DNA of 64,000 bases from Malacoraja senta (Eukaryota), in contig JAXLNO010000293.1 of assembly GCA_038087875.1 (NCBI GenBank), positions 124,001 through 188,000 of the forward strand, in the 5' to 3' direction. Position numbers and translations under genes: made by a program. Below the pieces are notes generated by a model. The model was given only the letters and a program-made list of their open reading frames with translations, ran no database searches and was not told where the DNA came from. Position 1 is the stretch's first letter, and each line of letters opens with the position of its first letter. Positions 47,222 to 59,800 of the stretch are shown piece by piece.

Positions 47222-50200
47222 TTTTAAAAAAAGATAATCAAATAAATTTCTCCATGGCGAAATTTAAGTTTTTTTTTTTTAATACGGCCACCGTTATCTG
47301 GTAATATCAGCGACGGCGGACATAAATTTTGAGATAACCATGTAACCTTACATTCACTGAGCACATTTCTTACATTTATTTCTCGATTATAGTTGCATAA
47401 TTGTTCAAAGGCCTCCATAACGATTTGTTTTACAGCAATTGTTTGGTTTCTGTTAAGAAAACATACCTGGTAGTTGTTAGTGTATTATAACAAAGTGAGA
47501 ACATACCAGGATAGTTTAAGCATAAAAATAAACTGTTAATAAATATAAACGATAGTATAATATTTTCTGAAACCCGCAGCTTTAACGTCTGAAATTAATC
47601 TGCAGCTATATCATAACGTGACCTGTGATAAAAAATTCTTAATGCGTACCGACCACTGTCCTTATCAATCTAATCATTCTCACAGTTGAATCACGCCAGC
47701 ACAGTTATTGTTGCTCCAGAGGAAATTTGAAAGATAACCAAAAATCCCTAATAGCTATGGTTACTGTAATAGCCCTCATTTCGTGCATTTCGTGTATGCC
47801 CCATTTCGTGCATAAATTATGGATAATAAGCACGAGTTAGAAACCGTATCCTGATTATTATTCATTCCATAGATTGAATGAATAAACTGTGGATAAATGA
47901 GCAATGGAAATAATGCAACATGTGGAAGAAAGACAATTTGCAAGATACGTTTTAATGTAATTTCCTTTATTCTTTGCAGCTAATATATTGACAAACTCCA
48001 TCCTGTCCATCGGAAAGTGTGGGCTCTCCATATGCATCACCCGATATCTAGTATGGATGGCGGCAGCTAACCTATCGCATCTGATATTTGGTCCAATACT
48101 TTTTGAGATTAATGATGCGTTTTTCCACGTTCAGTCCTAGATTACACTCCAATCTGCCGTCTCAATATTACCTTGATTTATATTGTTATTGATTGTTCCG
48201 TTTGGTTGACTGTGTCGTTTACCTTTGATCGATTTGTTTCTATTTGTTGTCAGTCGTTAAATCCTAAGTACTGCACTGAAAAAAATTCAACAACGGTTAT
48301 AACGATCGTTTGTTTATTATGCATTGTTGAAAATATGCCGGTTTTCTTCTTACTTGAACCACGTGAAATAATTGACAATGTGCCCTGGTACTGCACTGCA
48401 AAATCAAGCTTCTATAATTTACCTATCTGGGCTGCATTCTTACAGTTAGAGACCATCTTAACACCATTTCTACCATTTGTGTTGATCTTCGTGTTCAACG
48501 CCTTAATAATAAGTCATATTATATGGGCGAACAGAATCAGAAACAAACTACGGGGAAACGAAATTGAGAAGTGCCGGATGGATCAAGAAATTGAGAATCG
48601 CTCATTTTACTACACGCGATATCTGGTAGTTTTCTTCTATTGTGGACGGTAAATTTTGCTTGCTTTGTTGCTCTACATTTTACCGAAAATCAACTGATGA
48701 AATCTGATTACAGAGATCATTCGCCGTTGCAGAAGAAACTGGATTCCAGTTAAGAGTTTTAAGCACTTGTCCAAACACGTTCATTTATGCTGCGTCTCAA
48801 CGAAACTGCAGAGATGAAATGAAGAAAATGATTAAACGGCCTCTTGTTTTACTTTCTAAATTATTGAAGTAAAAGACACAGCTTGATAAACTCAGGGGAC
48901 ATATGCACATTCAACTGGAATTTTAATTTACGATGCACAGACCTAAATTTGTAATGGGTAATATATTCGCGTTTTTCCTGTTTACATCGCTGCCATATAT
49001 ATTCGTATCCCGAAAAAGCATATCCAAATCACAGGCACTATTTCGCAATTTGTTTTACTTGAACTAAATATTTCAGAAAATGTTTGTTTATTTTAACACA
49101 AAGTATTTTTCACACCAACTTAAGATGTGTTAGTCCGTTTGTGTGCGCGTGGGAGAGCGGGGGTTTGGGAAGTGGACGTGTTCGTCCAATGTTCAGTGGG
49201 AACACTGGTTCTTGAGTGAAAAGGGAAACCACTGAGAATACTCGCATGTCATGCAATATCCGAGGAGAGTGCATCAGAGAAAGCGTTTCAGGTCAATGAA
49301 ATCTCATTGGAACGTCTGCATATTTGCAGTTCCATAGTAGACTGAATGACCGAATCTACTAAGCGGAGGGAGCTTATGGTAAAATGAGGAGCAGGGGAGA
49401 CTCACGGACGGACGTGGTATTGGTATCGGATGTCGAGGGTGCTTTGGACTTGTGCGTCGCGGCTCATCTGATTGGAGATAGAAGCAGGTGGAGATGAATA
49501 TGGAAAAGGGTACGAGCAAAGGTAATTAATGGTGTATGGCGAGATGTCACCATAATATGCCCGCATTACGTTCAAATTGAAAGGGAACTCCTGACATCTT
49601 TGGAAAGCCTGGCAAAACCTGTCGATACTGTAAAGGTATAGAGAATGAAATGGGAGATGGATATTTACATAGCCTGGCTCGTTCCAATATGACTATGCGA
49701 CATTCAGTAGTTTGCGCAGAGTGGCTGAGCTGAATAATGGGCGGAAGAGAGTTGCTACCTCACCGAGCTCTTGACCCAAGTTTGACATGCACCTCGGATG
49801 ATATCTGTCTGGAATTTGCACATCCTCAATGTGACTGCAGTTTCCACTGGATGTTCCGACTTCTTCCCACATCACAAAGACTTTCAAGTTGGTAGGTTAA
49901 TTGGTATCTGTAAGTTGCCTCTTGTTTGTAGCACCTGAATGGACAAAGAGGGACAACACAGACCAAGTTTGCCAGGGTGATCGATAGTTGGTGTGGAAGC
50001 GGTGGGAGTCGTCATACGGTGAAAAATATTATGCAGATGATCGTCATCAGATCAAATGTGACAGAGCGTAATTAATTGGGGGAATATATAGAAAGCTGTG
50101 AAGTACGTTCAAGATTACTGTGGAAACCGGGCTGCAACAATCCTCTTACCCGAGAGAGACGGGGGATGAAAAAAGCGGAAGATCAATTGTCGTGTACGTT

Positions 50201-50279
50201 GAAAATCATCAGGGAAGGTGGTGCTATATCTGGATTCGTTTAACACGGGCTAACAACCAATCCAATACGTTCACACATA

Positions 50280-51290
50280 TGAAGACACAAGAAACTGCAG
50301 ATATTGTAGACACAAGTTGCTGGTGTAATTTACAGCGTCGTACAGTACCTTTGGAGAACATGGTTCGTTAACTCTTCTGGTGAGGGAATTCTTCACACTG
50401 ATTGTGCTTGTTCCTGTGTAGAAAGATGGAAGAGAGTTGTGATTGGGACAAAGTCTGGCGTGGTAGGTGGATAGGTGAAGGGGGTTGATCGGCGGATGGT
50501 TTCACGAGGTAAGGGGGACACGAGTGCGAAGGCTGTTGGGACGAATTGCAGGGGGGGGTAGAGGGTGGGTGTCGAAGGGGGGAGTAGTAGTTTCGGGTAG
50601 TTACCAAATATTGAAGGGTTCAGTGCTCATACCGTTAATTTGTAAAATATTCAAGCGGAATATGAGATGGTATTCCAACACTTACGTGTGGCATTACTCT
50701 AACAATGAAGGAGGCCAAATACACGAATGCATGTGGGAATGGGTAATCGAGTTTTAATGTTTAATAACCGGAATATGGTGAACCACCTCCCCGACCGAGA
50801 GCAAGTATTCGGTGAGATGGTCGCCTCATCAACGCTGGGTCGTGCCGAAGTAAAGCGTCCACATCGGACGCACCAAAAACAGCAGATGACGTCAGTGGAG
50901 GTGCATGCGAAACTCTCTCTCACGTAGAAGGACTACTGGTGGGATTGGACGGATGTAATGCATGATGGCAGGTGTTACATCTCCTGTGCTGTAGGGGATG
51001 GTACCTGGGGAGAGGGTGGTTAGGCTGCAAACGGATAAGGGAGAGCGGTCTTTATGGAAGCCGAGAGGTAGTGGGGATGGGAAGATGTGTGGGGTAGATA
51101 TGGAGAATAATGTGTTGGATAAGGAGGCAGGTGGCTGAAATTTAAGGACCTGGGGATCCATTTTGTAGTTCCGTGCGGAGGCAAGGGGAGCGAGAGCAGA
51201 ACTGCAAGACGCCGAGGAGATGTGGGTGAGGATGCACCCATCATAGCAGCGGGGAAACTATGTTTACTCAAGAAAGAGGACGTCCATCAT
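50280..51290 (-). mobile_element. Degenerate Penelope-like element (GIY-YIG endonuclease end plus terminal repeat)
   Basis: ESFACTSTDVICCFWCVRCG resembles the F-T-C-x-S-x-N-V-I-Y-C-x-x-C-x-x-C motif preceding GIY-YIG; C-terminal HLIFRL motif at ~50660; degenerate terminal-repeat sequence at 50280-50400. Confidence 0.75.
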
Positions 51291-51584
51291 AAGCACAACT
51301 TTTCCTTTGTCCTTGCTGCAAACATTATGTTACAGATTTCAGAACGTATGCTAACATTTTTTACAATGATCCTTCCCTTGGAAATATATTCAATTTTGAA
51401 CAATCATTTCGATTTTTAATACCTTTTTATGAAATAACAATTATCGTCTGCAAGAAACGCATGTGGCATTTCTCTTAAAATACCTTCTTGCATTGCCCCA
51501 GAGTAATAATCATATTTTTGCATAATAATACATGAAGCGAATGGTGTGTTATTGAAATAGAGATTATTTTTTTTAATTTGTACA

Positions 51585-51905
51585 GTTTAGTTTTAGAGAA
51601 ACAGCGCGGAAACAGGCCCTTCGGCCCGCCGGGTCCGTGCCAACTAGCGATCCCCGCACATGAACACGATCCTACACCGACAAGGGAAACATTTTTAAAA
51701 ACATTTTCCAAGCCAATTAACCTACAAACCTCTACGCCTTTGGAGTGTGGGAGGAAACCCGAATAAATCGGAGAAAACCCACGCAGGTCACGGAGAGAAC
51801 GTACAAACTCCGTACAAACAGCGCCCTTAGTCGGGATCGAACCCGGGTCCCCGGCGCTGCATTCGCTCTAAGGCAGCAACTCTGTCGCAGACCAACCGTG
51901 ACCGT
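51585..51905 (-). mobile_element. tRNA-derived SINE, near complete
   Basis: Minus-strand gacccgggttcgatcc B box, shared core, CR1-like 3' end with (ctaaa)n tail. Confidence 0.85.
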
Positions 51906-52321
51906 CCGAACCTTTCATCCAACCTTTCAATCAAGATTGATTCATGTCGATACTTGTAAACTTTTGTGAGATAAAATATCTACCGCCATAACCACATGAA
52001 ACGGACCTTTGCAGTTATTATAATGAAAATATAGATAATTGTACATTAGAGCGAACAGAAACTTCTTAATGAATAAGATGTTCACGGATAATAAAAAACA
52101 GATGATAGCGTATACGACAAAGCGTCATTTGAATACACTTTTCTTTCTATTGTTCTGTTTATTCCCAGTAATATTCCGACAACCAGACACCTTCCGGTCA
52201 ACAGTAGAATCATCAGAGGCAGTAACTTAAAACTCGCAGTGAAAGAAAATATAGCCCGCAACAATAGACACTATGCACACGCCATCTTCCGCCCACGTCA
52301 ACCCCCACCCCCGTCACGGAT

Positions 52322-52553
52322 CGTCGCCTCTCCCCCGCCGAGGACCCTCGCCTCTCAACCCCCCCCCGCCGCGGACACTCGCCTCTCCCGCCCCCCCCCC
52401 CCCGCGGACACTCGCCTCTCCCACACCCCCCGGACACTCGCCTCTCCCCCTCACGCGGACTCTCGCCTCTCCTTCCGCCCCCGCCGCGGAACCTCGCCTC
52501 TCCCCCCCTCCGCCACGGACCCTCGCCTCTCCCCCCCCCCCTCCGCCGCCGCG
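52322..52553. repeat. GC-rich minisatellite, ~26-31-bp unit (ctcgcctctc-Cn-gccgcggaca) x ~8
   Basis: tcgcctctc recurs about every 26-31 bp; G-run-rich on the minus strand. Confidence 0.88.
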
Positions 52554-52649
52554 GGCCTTCCAACATTGCGTGGGAGGGAGAAAGGAGAAAGCAAATATGC
52601 GTTAAGCCGATAGCCTAATCGTTAAAGAGTTAAAAGATAGCCTAATCGA

Positions 52650-54085
52650 TAAAGAGCTGAGAACAGGAATCAGAGCTGCCAAGAAAAGGTACTCTGAGAA
52701 GTTGAGGCGCAGGTTCTCAGCCAGTGACTCTTCTTCAGTTTGGAAGGGCATGCAAGAAATCACCAGCTATTAGAGGAAAGCCCCCCGCTCTTTGAATAAT
52801 CGTCAGCTGACCAACGACCTGAATGAGTTTTACTGCAGGTTTGAAAATCAGAAACGTAACCCTGGTACCCCCCCCCCAACAAACACAGCCAGACCCCAGT
52901 CTGCAAAGAATGGACCCTGCACCCTCTCCTTCCCATTCACCACTTCACACCTACATAAGGCAAGACTCCAGTATGAAAAGACAGGACCCTTTCCCACCCC
53001 AACCAACACTTCACACCCACTCAGCCTGACCTCAGTCTGCAAAGACTGGACCCTTCTACACCCACCCCACTCCAATCACGACTTCACACCCAATTACCCA
53101 CTCCCTCCTTGCTGAACAACATCACTTCATCAACAATAAAAATAGAGGAGGTGGAGAGGCTTTTCAGAAGACAGAAAAGCCGGAAATCTCACAGACATTT
53201 TTTACCAGTCCCTGCAAGCTTGTACTGCCCCTGCCTGTTTCAAAGTCCCTACTATTGTCCCTGTACCCAAAAAGGCAAGGATTACTTGTCTTAAAGACTA
53301 CAGGCCTGTCGCACTGACCTCTGTAGTCATGAAGACACTCGAAAGGCTTGTGCTGGCCAAGCTGAAAAATATCACAATCCCCCTGCAGTTTGCATATTGG
53401 CCCAATAGATCTGTGGATGACGCAGTCAATCTGGGCGTGCACTTCATCCTCCAGCACCTAGAACGCCAGGGGACCTTTGCGAGAATTTTATTTGTTGATA
53501 TTAGCTCTGCATTGTGCCAGAGCTACTACACTCCAAACTTTCCGAGTTGACTGTGGCTGAACCCCTCTGTCGGTGGATCACCAACTTTCTGACAGACAGG
53601 AAGCAGCATGTGAGGCTGGGAAAGCACCTATCGGACACGCAAACGCTCAGCATAGGAGCACCGCAAGGCTGCGTACTCCCCCCTCTCCTCTACTCTCTCT
53701 ACACCAATGACTGCATCTCCACAGACACCTCTGTCAAGCTTATCAAGTTTGCGGACGACACAACCCTGATTGGACTGATCCAGGATGGGGAGGAATCTGC
53801 CTACAGACAGGAAGTCTCACAGCTGGCGTCCTAGTGCCGTAGCAACAACCTGAAGCTCAATGCTCTTAAGACAGTGGAGTTCATTGTAGACTTTAGGAGA
53901 GCTCCCCCTCCCCTCGCACCACTCACCCTCAACAACACCACAGTCACATCTGTGGAGTCTTTTAAGTTCCTGGGAACCATCATCTGCAATGACTTTAAGT
54001 GGGGGGCTACCTTTGACTCCACAGTCAAAAAGGCACAACAGAGGATGTTCTTCCTACGGCAGCTGAGGAAGCACAATCTGCCACA
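52650..54085 (+). mobile_element. Rex/Babar-type LINE RT fragment
   Basis: DYRPVALTSVVMKTLERLVL, QFAY..NRSVDDAV, WITNFLTDRKQ, GAPQGCVL, KFADDTTLIG, VDFRR, FKFLG, KKAQQRMFFLRQL across broken frames. Confidence 0.92.
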
Positions 54086-54119
54086 ATGGGTCAGGCAGCA
54101 TCTCTGAAGAACATGGATA

Positions 54120-54960
54120 GTCATAGCGTGACACAGTGTGGAAACAGGCCCTTTGGCCCAACTTGCCCACACCGGTTAACAATGTCCCAACTACACTAAT
54201 TCTACTTGCCTGCCTTTGGTCATATCCCTCCAAACCTGTCCTATCCATGTACCTGCCTAACTGTTTCTTAAACGATGGGATTGTCCCAACCTCAACTACC
54301 TCCTCTGGCAGCTCGTTCCACATACCCACCACCTTTGTGTGAAAAAGTTACCCTTCGGATTCCTATTAAACCTTTTCCCCTTTACCTTGAACCTATGTTC
54401 TCTGGTCCTCGATTCCCCTACTCTGGGCAAAATATAATCTATACCTTTTCTCCAGAGATGCTGCCTGACCCACTGAGTTACTCCAGCACTCCATGAAACG
54501 TCACCCATCCATGTTCTCCACAGATGCTGCCTGACCCACTGAGTTACTCCAGCACTTTGTGTCTATTTTCCGTTCATCCATCTGCCCAAGCCTACCCTCC
54601 CCCTCCTTTCCTATGTTCCTTTCAACCTATAAACCTCTCTCTGCCTTAACTTTTCACTCCTCTTTCAAATCTGCTCTACTTATCTACATGCATTATTCTT
54701 CTTAACTTTTTAGTCATAGAGTGGTGCAGTGTGGAAACAGGCCCGTCAGCCTAACTTGCCCACACCGACCAACATTTCCCATCTACACTAGACCCACTCA
54801 CACGCGTTTGGACAATATCCATCTAAACCTGTCCTATCCATGTACGTGTCAAAATGTCTCTTAAATATTAGGATAGTCCCAGCCTTAACTACCTCCTCTG
54901 GCAGCTCGTTCCATACACCCACCACCCTTTGTGTGAAAAAGCTACCTCTCAGATTCCTGT
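54120..54960 (-). mobile_element. Two CR1 3'-end fragments (54120-54428, 54714-54960) around Penelope-type repeat pieces
   Basis: FFTQRVVGVWNELPEEVV motif twice; gatgctgcctgacccactgagttactccagcac twice at ~54457-54556. Confidence 0.85.
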
Positions 54961-56848
54961 AAATTTCTGAAATATTGGTCATAGATTTGCTGCAAAAAAG
55001 CTCAAAAATAAGGCTCAGGATGCATCAGAGAGCATCTAAAATCCCTGAGCTTCTTGGGCCCTTAAGCATTAAGCATTATTTTACATTAATGTTTTTGTAA
55101 TCCTGTCATGCCACCCCCCATTTTTTAAAGCTTCGTACGGGCCTGTTTACACAACCTATTCTTTGCTTCATACTAGTTTAGGAGTCGCAGGTTGTTAAAC
55201 TATACAATTGCCACCTTAATTCAGATAGTAAGGTGAAGATCAAGTAACAAATGTGCTGATCTGAACTGGAAACAGTAAATGCTGGAGAACCATTATCTGT
55301 GGGACAAGCAACAGTCAACGTTCCGGTGGAGAAATATAAAAGGTTTTAGCTTCCACGTTTTTCTATTATTCCATCCCAGTAATTTGCACTTTCCTTTCCG
55401 GCAACTGTGCAAACATTTAATGATGTTGTAGCAGGGTAACAAAAGTTTATTTACCTATTATGGATCATATCAAGGTATGGAGTGCACTTAGAAGTCATTG
55501 AATGAATAAGGATTATAGTGGTCAAAAGAGGAGATTGTTTAGCCAGAACGCGGTGCATATTTGACAGTCTTTGCCACAAATGGCTGTAGAGGTCAGAACA
55601 TATGGTACTTTATAAACCGATAACCGATACAAATGCCCTTGATCAGTAAGGACGTCCAAAGCTACCGAGAGAATGAAGGAGAATGCGGTTGAGAAGGAAA
55701 GAAAATTCGCCATGATCGACTGCCAGAGTCGACGGGTCGAATAACTTAATTGTGCTCCAATGTCTGAAAGTCTTATGATTCAAGGAGCGTTAAATCTGAA
55801 GCAATGTCTCATCGGGTATAGTCAGCATGTAATTGTGCGTGGGAACACTTCACAAATATTGCGGCATTTAATAATATGGATGAAGGCAGTGAACAATGCC
55901 TAAATGAATTTTATTCAGGCATTTGTCAAGATCTCACAATGTAGAGCAGGCCAGTAGTCTAATTCACAGGGAGATCAATACAATGTTGTCATTTTTGTGA
56001 TAAGGCCCCGGGGTGGTGGTGGAAGATTTATTATCGCATTAGAAAATATGCGGCTACCGGTGGACATTAGATCGGTGATGGATCTTTGCTTTTTTTCATA
56101 AAATTGCTAATTCGGTGCGTATGTTGGATATATGATTAGCGAGTTTGAGGATGACTGGAAAAACATGGATGTTGTGGACCGCGAGGAAAATTAACTGAGC
56201 CTGCAGCTGAATATCGAACAGATAGAAACCTTGACGGAACATTGCACGTGAATTTTATCCCGAGATGTAAAAAGTGAGGAATTTTGCGAAAGCAAATACT
56301 TGTGGGTAAAGAAGGCAAATGCATTGCGGCAAGGGATGCCGAGAAATGGGAAAACCGGGACGAGGTGATACAGTTATATGAAATTATAAGAGGCACGTGC
56401 AGAATTGAAAGGCAAAAAGAAGAGGAACTGTGTTTAAGGTTGGATGATATCGTTGTTAAAAGTTTACATCAGCTCAGTGGGAAGGAACATCATTTAAATT
56501 TTCAGTTACCCTTGGCGTCCGTCAGGCCACAAAACGTTATTTTTAAATTCCGTCTGTCTTTAATTCCGCCCGGTTTATAATAAACCATATTATACTGACT
56601 TGAACGATTTTCTGTTTCTGATGATAGACAATGGACTTCAAACTAAGTTGTCGTCATAAATGGGATGAGTAAATGGAAACAAATATACTATTTCAATGAC
56701 CGTACATTATATTTCAAAAATATCACTTTGGTTTAGTATGGGTTCATGGTAACTAAATAGGGAAACAAAATCCCAGGAAATTGTGGAAAGGGATACCGCG
56801 ACAAATCCTATTACATGTTACAGAAATATATGTGTGCCTCGCAAATTA

Positions 56849-59800
56849 TCACTTGATTACATATTTGGATAAAGTTAGTTTTGTGTTCAAACGTTTGAAT
56901 ATATTAGCAATGGCAAGAAAGGGACGTGAAATTACATTCTTCAGTTCCTCTCTGAAGTGTCTCTGAGAAACTGCATAAATGAAAGTGTTTGTGCAAGTAC
57001 TCAAATACCTCAGCATAAAGCCACTTTTTTCCGCAATGGTGAACGAGTCGTTGTAATCTGTTTTCATAAATTGAGAATCTGTCAACTGTACATAGATGAA
57101 GCACACAAGGTTTACCATCCATAAGAAAATAAAGTTGCTAGATATTGCAACGAGTAAAATGATCGATTTCCTTCTGTTCTCAGTCTCTTGATCAGTCTGA
57201 CATGCCTCTCTATTACTCCCTCGGAGCTTGCTCCTGACTCTGTTGGCCATGATAATATGCTTTATGGTCAAGGTATTAAGCAGAAGAATCAACACAAATG
57301 GCGCAAATGGGGATAAGAGTGTTTCAAACCATAAATACGCGATCCAGGTGGGTAATATGTAGAAACTTGATTTAACATTACAGGACCATGGTACATCATT
57401 AATTACTTCACGTGGTTCAATTATAAAGTAGATTGGAATATTTTCTAAAATACTCAACATAAAGACCGCTGTTATTACTTTCAATGCCGTCTTCATGGTA
57501 CAATATTTTGAACGCAACGACTGGCAACATATAGCAACAAATCGATCGAATGTAAAAGTGACAGTCAGCCAGACGGAACAATCGAGCGAAATATAAATCA
57601 GTGTAAAAATAAAACTGCAAATGGGCGTGTAACTGAGGAATGAATGCGGAAAATATACCTCTTTAATCTCATAGAGAATTACACGGGAAACCAATACCAT
57701 TAGATCAGCTACCGCCATTGATTTCAGATACTGGATGACACATCTAGTGAGGCCGCACTTTCCAGACGACAGGATAAGGATTGCCACCAAATTTGCTGCA
57801 ACCAAAAGATGAAAATTGAATTACGAACGAGAAATAACCCGCAAAATATATATTCATTTGCTTTAATTTGTCATGCGTGTACGAGTTTTTCTTGCCTATA
57901 ACACTTTGGAATAACAAACTATATTACACAGGTTTACGGTTGGACCCCTTTTAATTCTCAGACTTCTCATAAAGTGAACACACTGTTGCGCTTTGTTGTT
58001 ATCGCATCTCCGTGAAGGGACCAGCTATTGTTTTGGTGATATTAATGCCACATAACACGAAATGTTGATCACATCTAGAGATGAGATGGGGCGGTGTTTG
58101 TCCTCTCCGCTTCCTTTAGTTCACACGCAACTGTGTCGCCGAGATGTTAACGGCTAGATAGTGTTCTGACTTAATGACACTATGTACCGGATTTCCTTCC
58201 TCTACGTAGTCTTATCGTTCTTGTCGAAGTGCCCGTCAGCAGTGGCATCATCGGCATACATAAACACCGAGTTACCGTTGTACGTGGTCAAACACACATG
58301 GGTGTATTTGGAGTAGAGCATGGACTGAGCACACAGCTCCGAGCAGTAGCAGTATTGTGGGCTAGCCTTGTGGAGACGGTAAAACCAATTCCACGTGATA
58401 GGAGCCTGCCTGGCCTGAAGTCCAAAGCCCATTTGCAGCTGGATACCCGTCGACCAAGGATGTTTAGAGGTGCTTATTAATTTCAGATTTTATTTGTCAC
58501 GTGTTTGGCACTCATGTTACCTTAGCTTATCTCGTGGAAACCGCGCCTCCCCACTGATAATCACACAGATTTAATTTTCGCAGCTTATCTGCAAATGTGA
58601 CATTTAGAGTTCACAGCAGCATGTACATTGTTGCCCCCCCTCTGCTTACACACTTCTCACATTCCTCATTCTGTTCCTCTACTGTAATAAATTAGCAGGG
58701 ACAATCGTTAACATTTTCATGGCAACCTGCTGTCCACTTCTCTCCCCTTAGCGTACACGTACACACATTCATTTCCGATATGGCTGACCAAGCAGGCTGA
58801 CATCTGATATCCGCTACATAGGTTGTGCGGCGGATGCGATTCACACATCAATTCGGCACACATATCATGGACCGAGGTCCAGACTTTCGAAAAGCCAGAC
58901 AACCTTTGATACTTAACATTTATCGCCAGTTTTATTTCGGTGGTGTCTTGACGCTTTGAAATTCAGTCAATCGCAGATGACAGACCGTTGCTCCAGATCC
59001 AAGAAAAACCGGGCAACACAACTCAACGTCAGAGGCACAACCTGTCGATAAGTTCACAGCTTCACCCGTCATGATCGGCTTTCAACACAAGTACATCCCG
59101 ACCCGCTCTACTGACTGACGGGTTAGCATTCTCCTGCTAAAAAATTGCAGTTTGCAAACCACTAAATGCGTGGGATCGTTGTCTATCCTGCAAGACGAAT
59201 TCATTGGGAAACATAAATGTAAGACCCATGCGCTAGAGGTCTGCGTGCGCATCCCCGGAATAACCCTATTGGCCCTGTGACAATACGTGTTGAAGGGCTC
59301 TAGGAAGAGGTTGAATTCCGGTTTGATAATCTCGAACACTTGCAAATATGTAACCATTTAAAGAAGCAACACGATGCAATTTCTCGAGCTGTGACTGCTG
59401 TAGGTCTGATGGGTTAAATGCGAACATACGACATCTCAGCTCAATAATGTCGAGGTACCGCAACTAATACACTTTTGGTGATAAGCAACATCATGAGTAA
59501 AGAGAGAGCGTGCTCTTGGAAGTGATTAGGCGTAGTCTCGACCCAAACTACTAAACCCGGAGCATGCCATAATCTCCGCTACACAACCCATCGCAGTTTG
59601 CGGATGGATCCTCAACACTTTGATCACCTCTCGGCGATAAGAACAAAATGTTAGCGATTAAATCTGGTAAAACAATCTAAAAGCAACAGGTGACCCAAAA
59701 CGCCACCCATTCCTTCTCTCGAGAGATGCTGCCTGTCCCGCTGAGTTACTCCAGCATTTGTGTCTGAAAGCAACAAGTGTTTTACCTTTCTTCTGAATGT

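Larger units (their letters stand above)
36284..48872 (+). pseudogene. GPR139-like GPCR pseudogene; exon 1 36284-36353, exon 2 47980-48872
   Basis: Exon 1 MGLPVKLLVNRIYYPILVIIGVP+G|gtgagt (70 bp, phase 1). Acceptor tctttgcag at 47979. Exon 2 aligns end to end with the intact paralog (GKCGLS, DCSVWLTVSFTFDRFVSIC, NTFIY). Lesions: -1 at ~48120-48126 giving TAG at 48138-48140, -10 at 48600, -1 at ~48719. Pairing these two exons is inference from strand and phase. Confidence 0.88.

Noticed and set aside
11112..48126. Idea that the pseudogenes are only long-read homopolymer errors (11112-11117, 39251-39255, 48120-48126)
   Set aside because: Each locus also has non-homopolymer lesions (two TAGs in TRIM, two TAAs in L1, a 10-bp deletion in the GPCR), while the 4.2-kb Gypsy ORF is unbroken.
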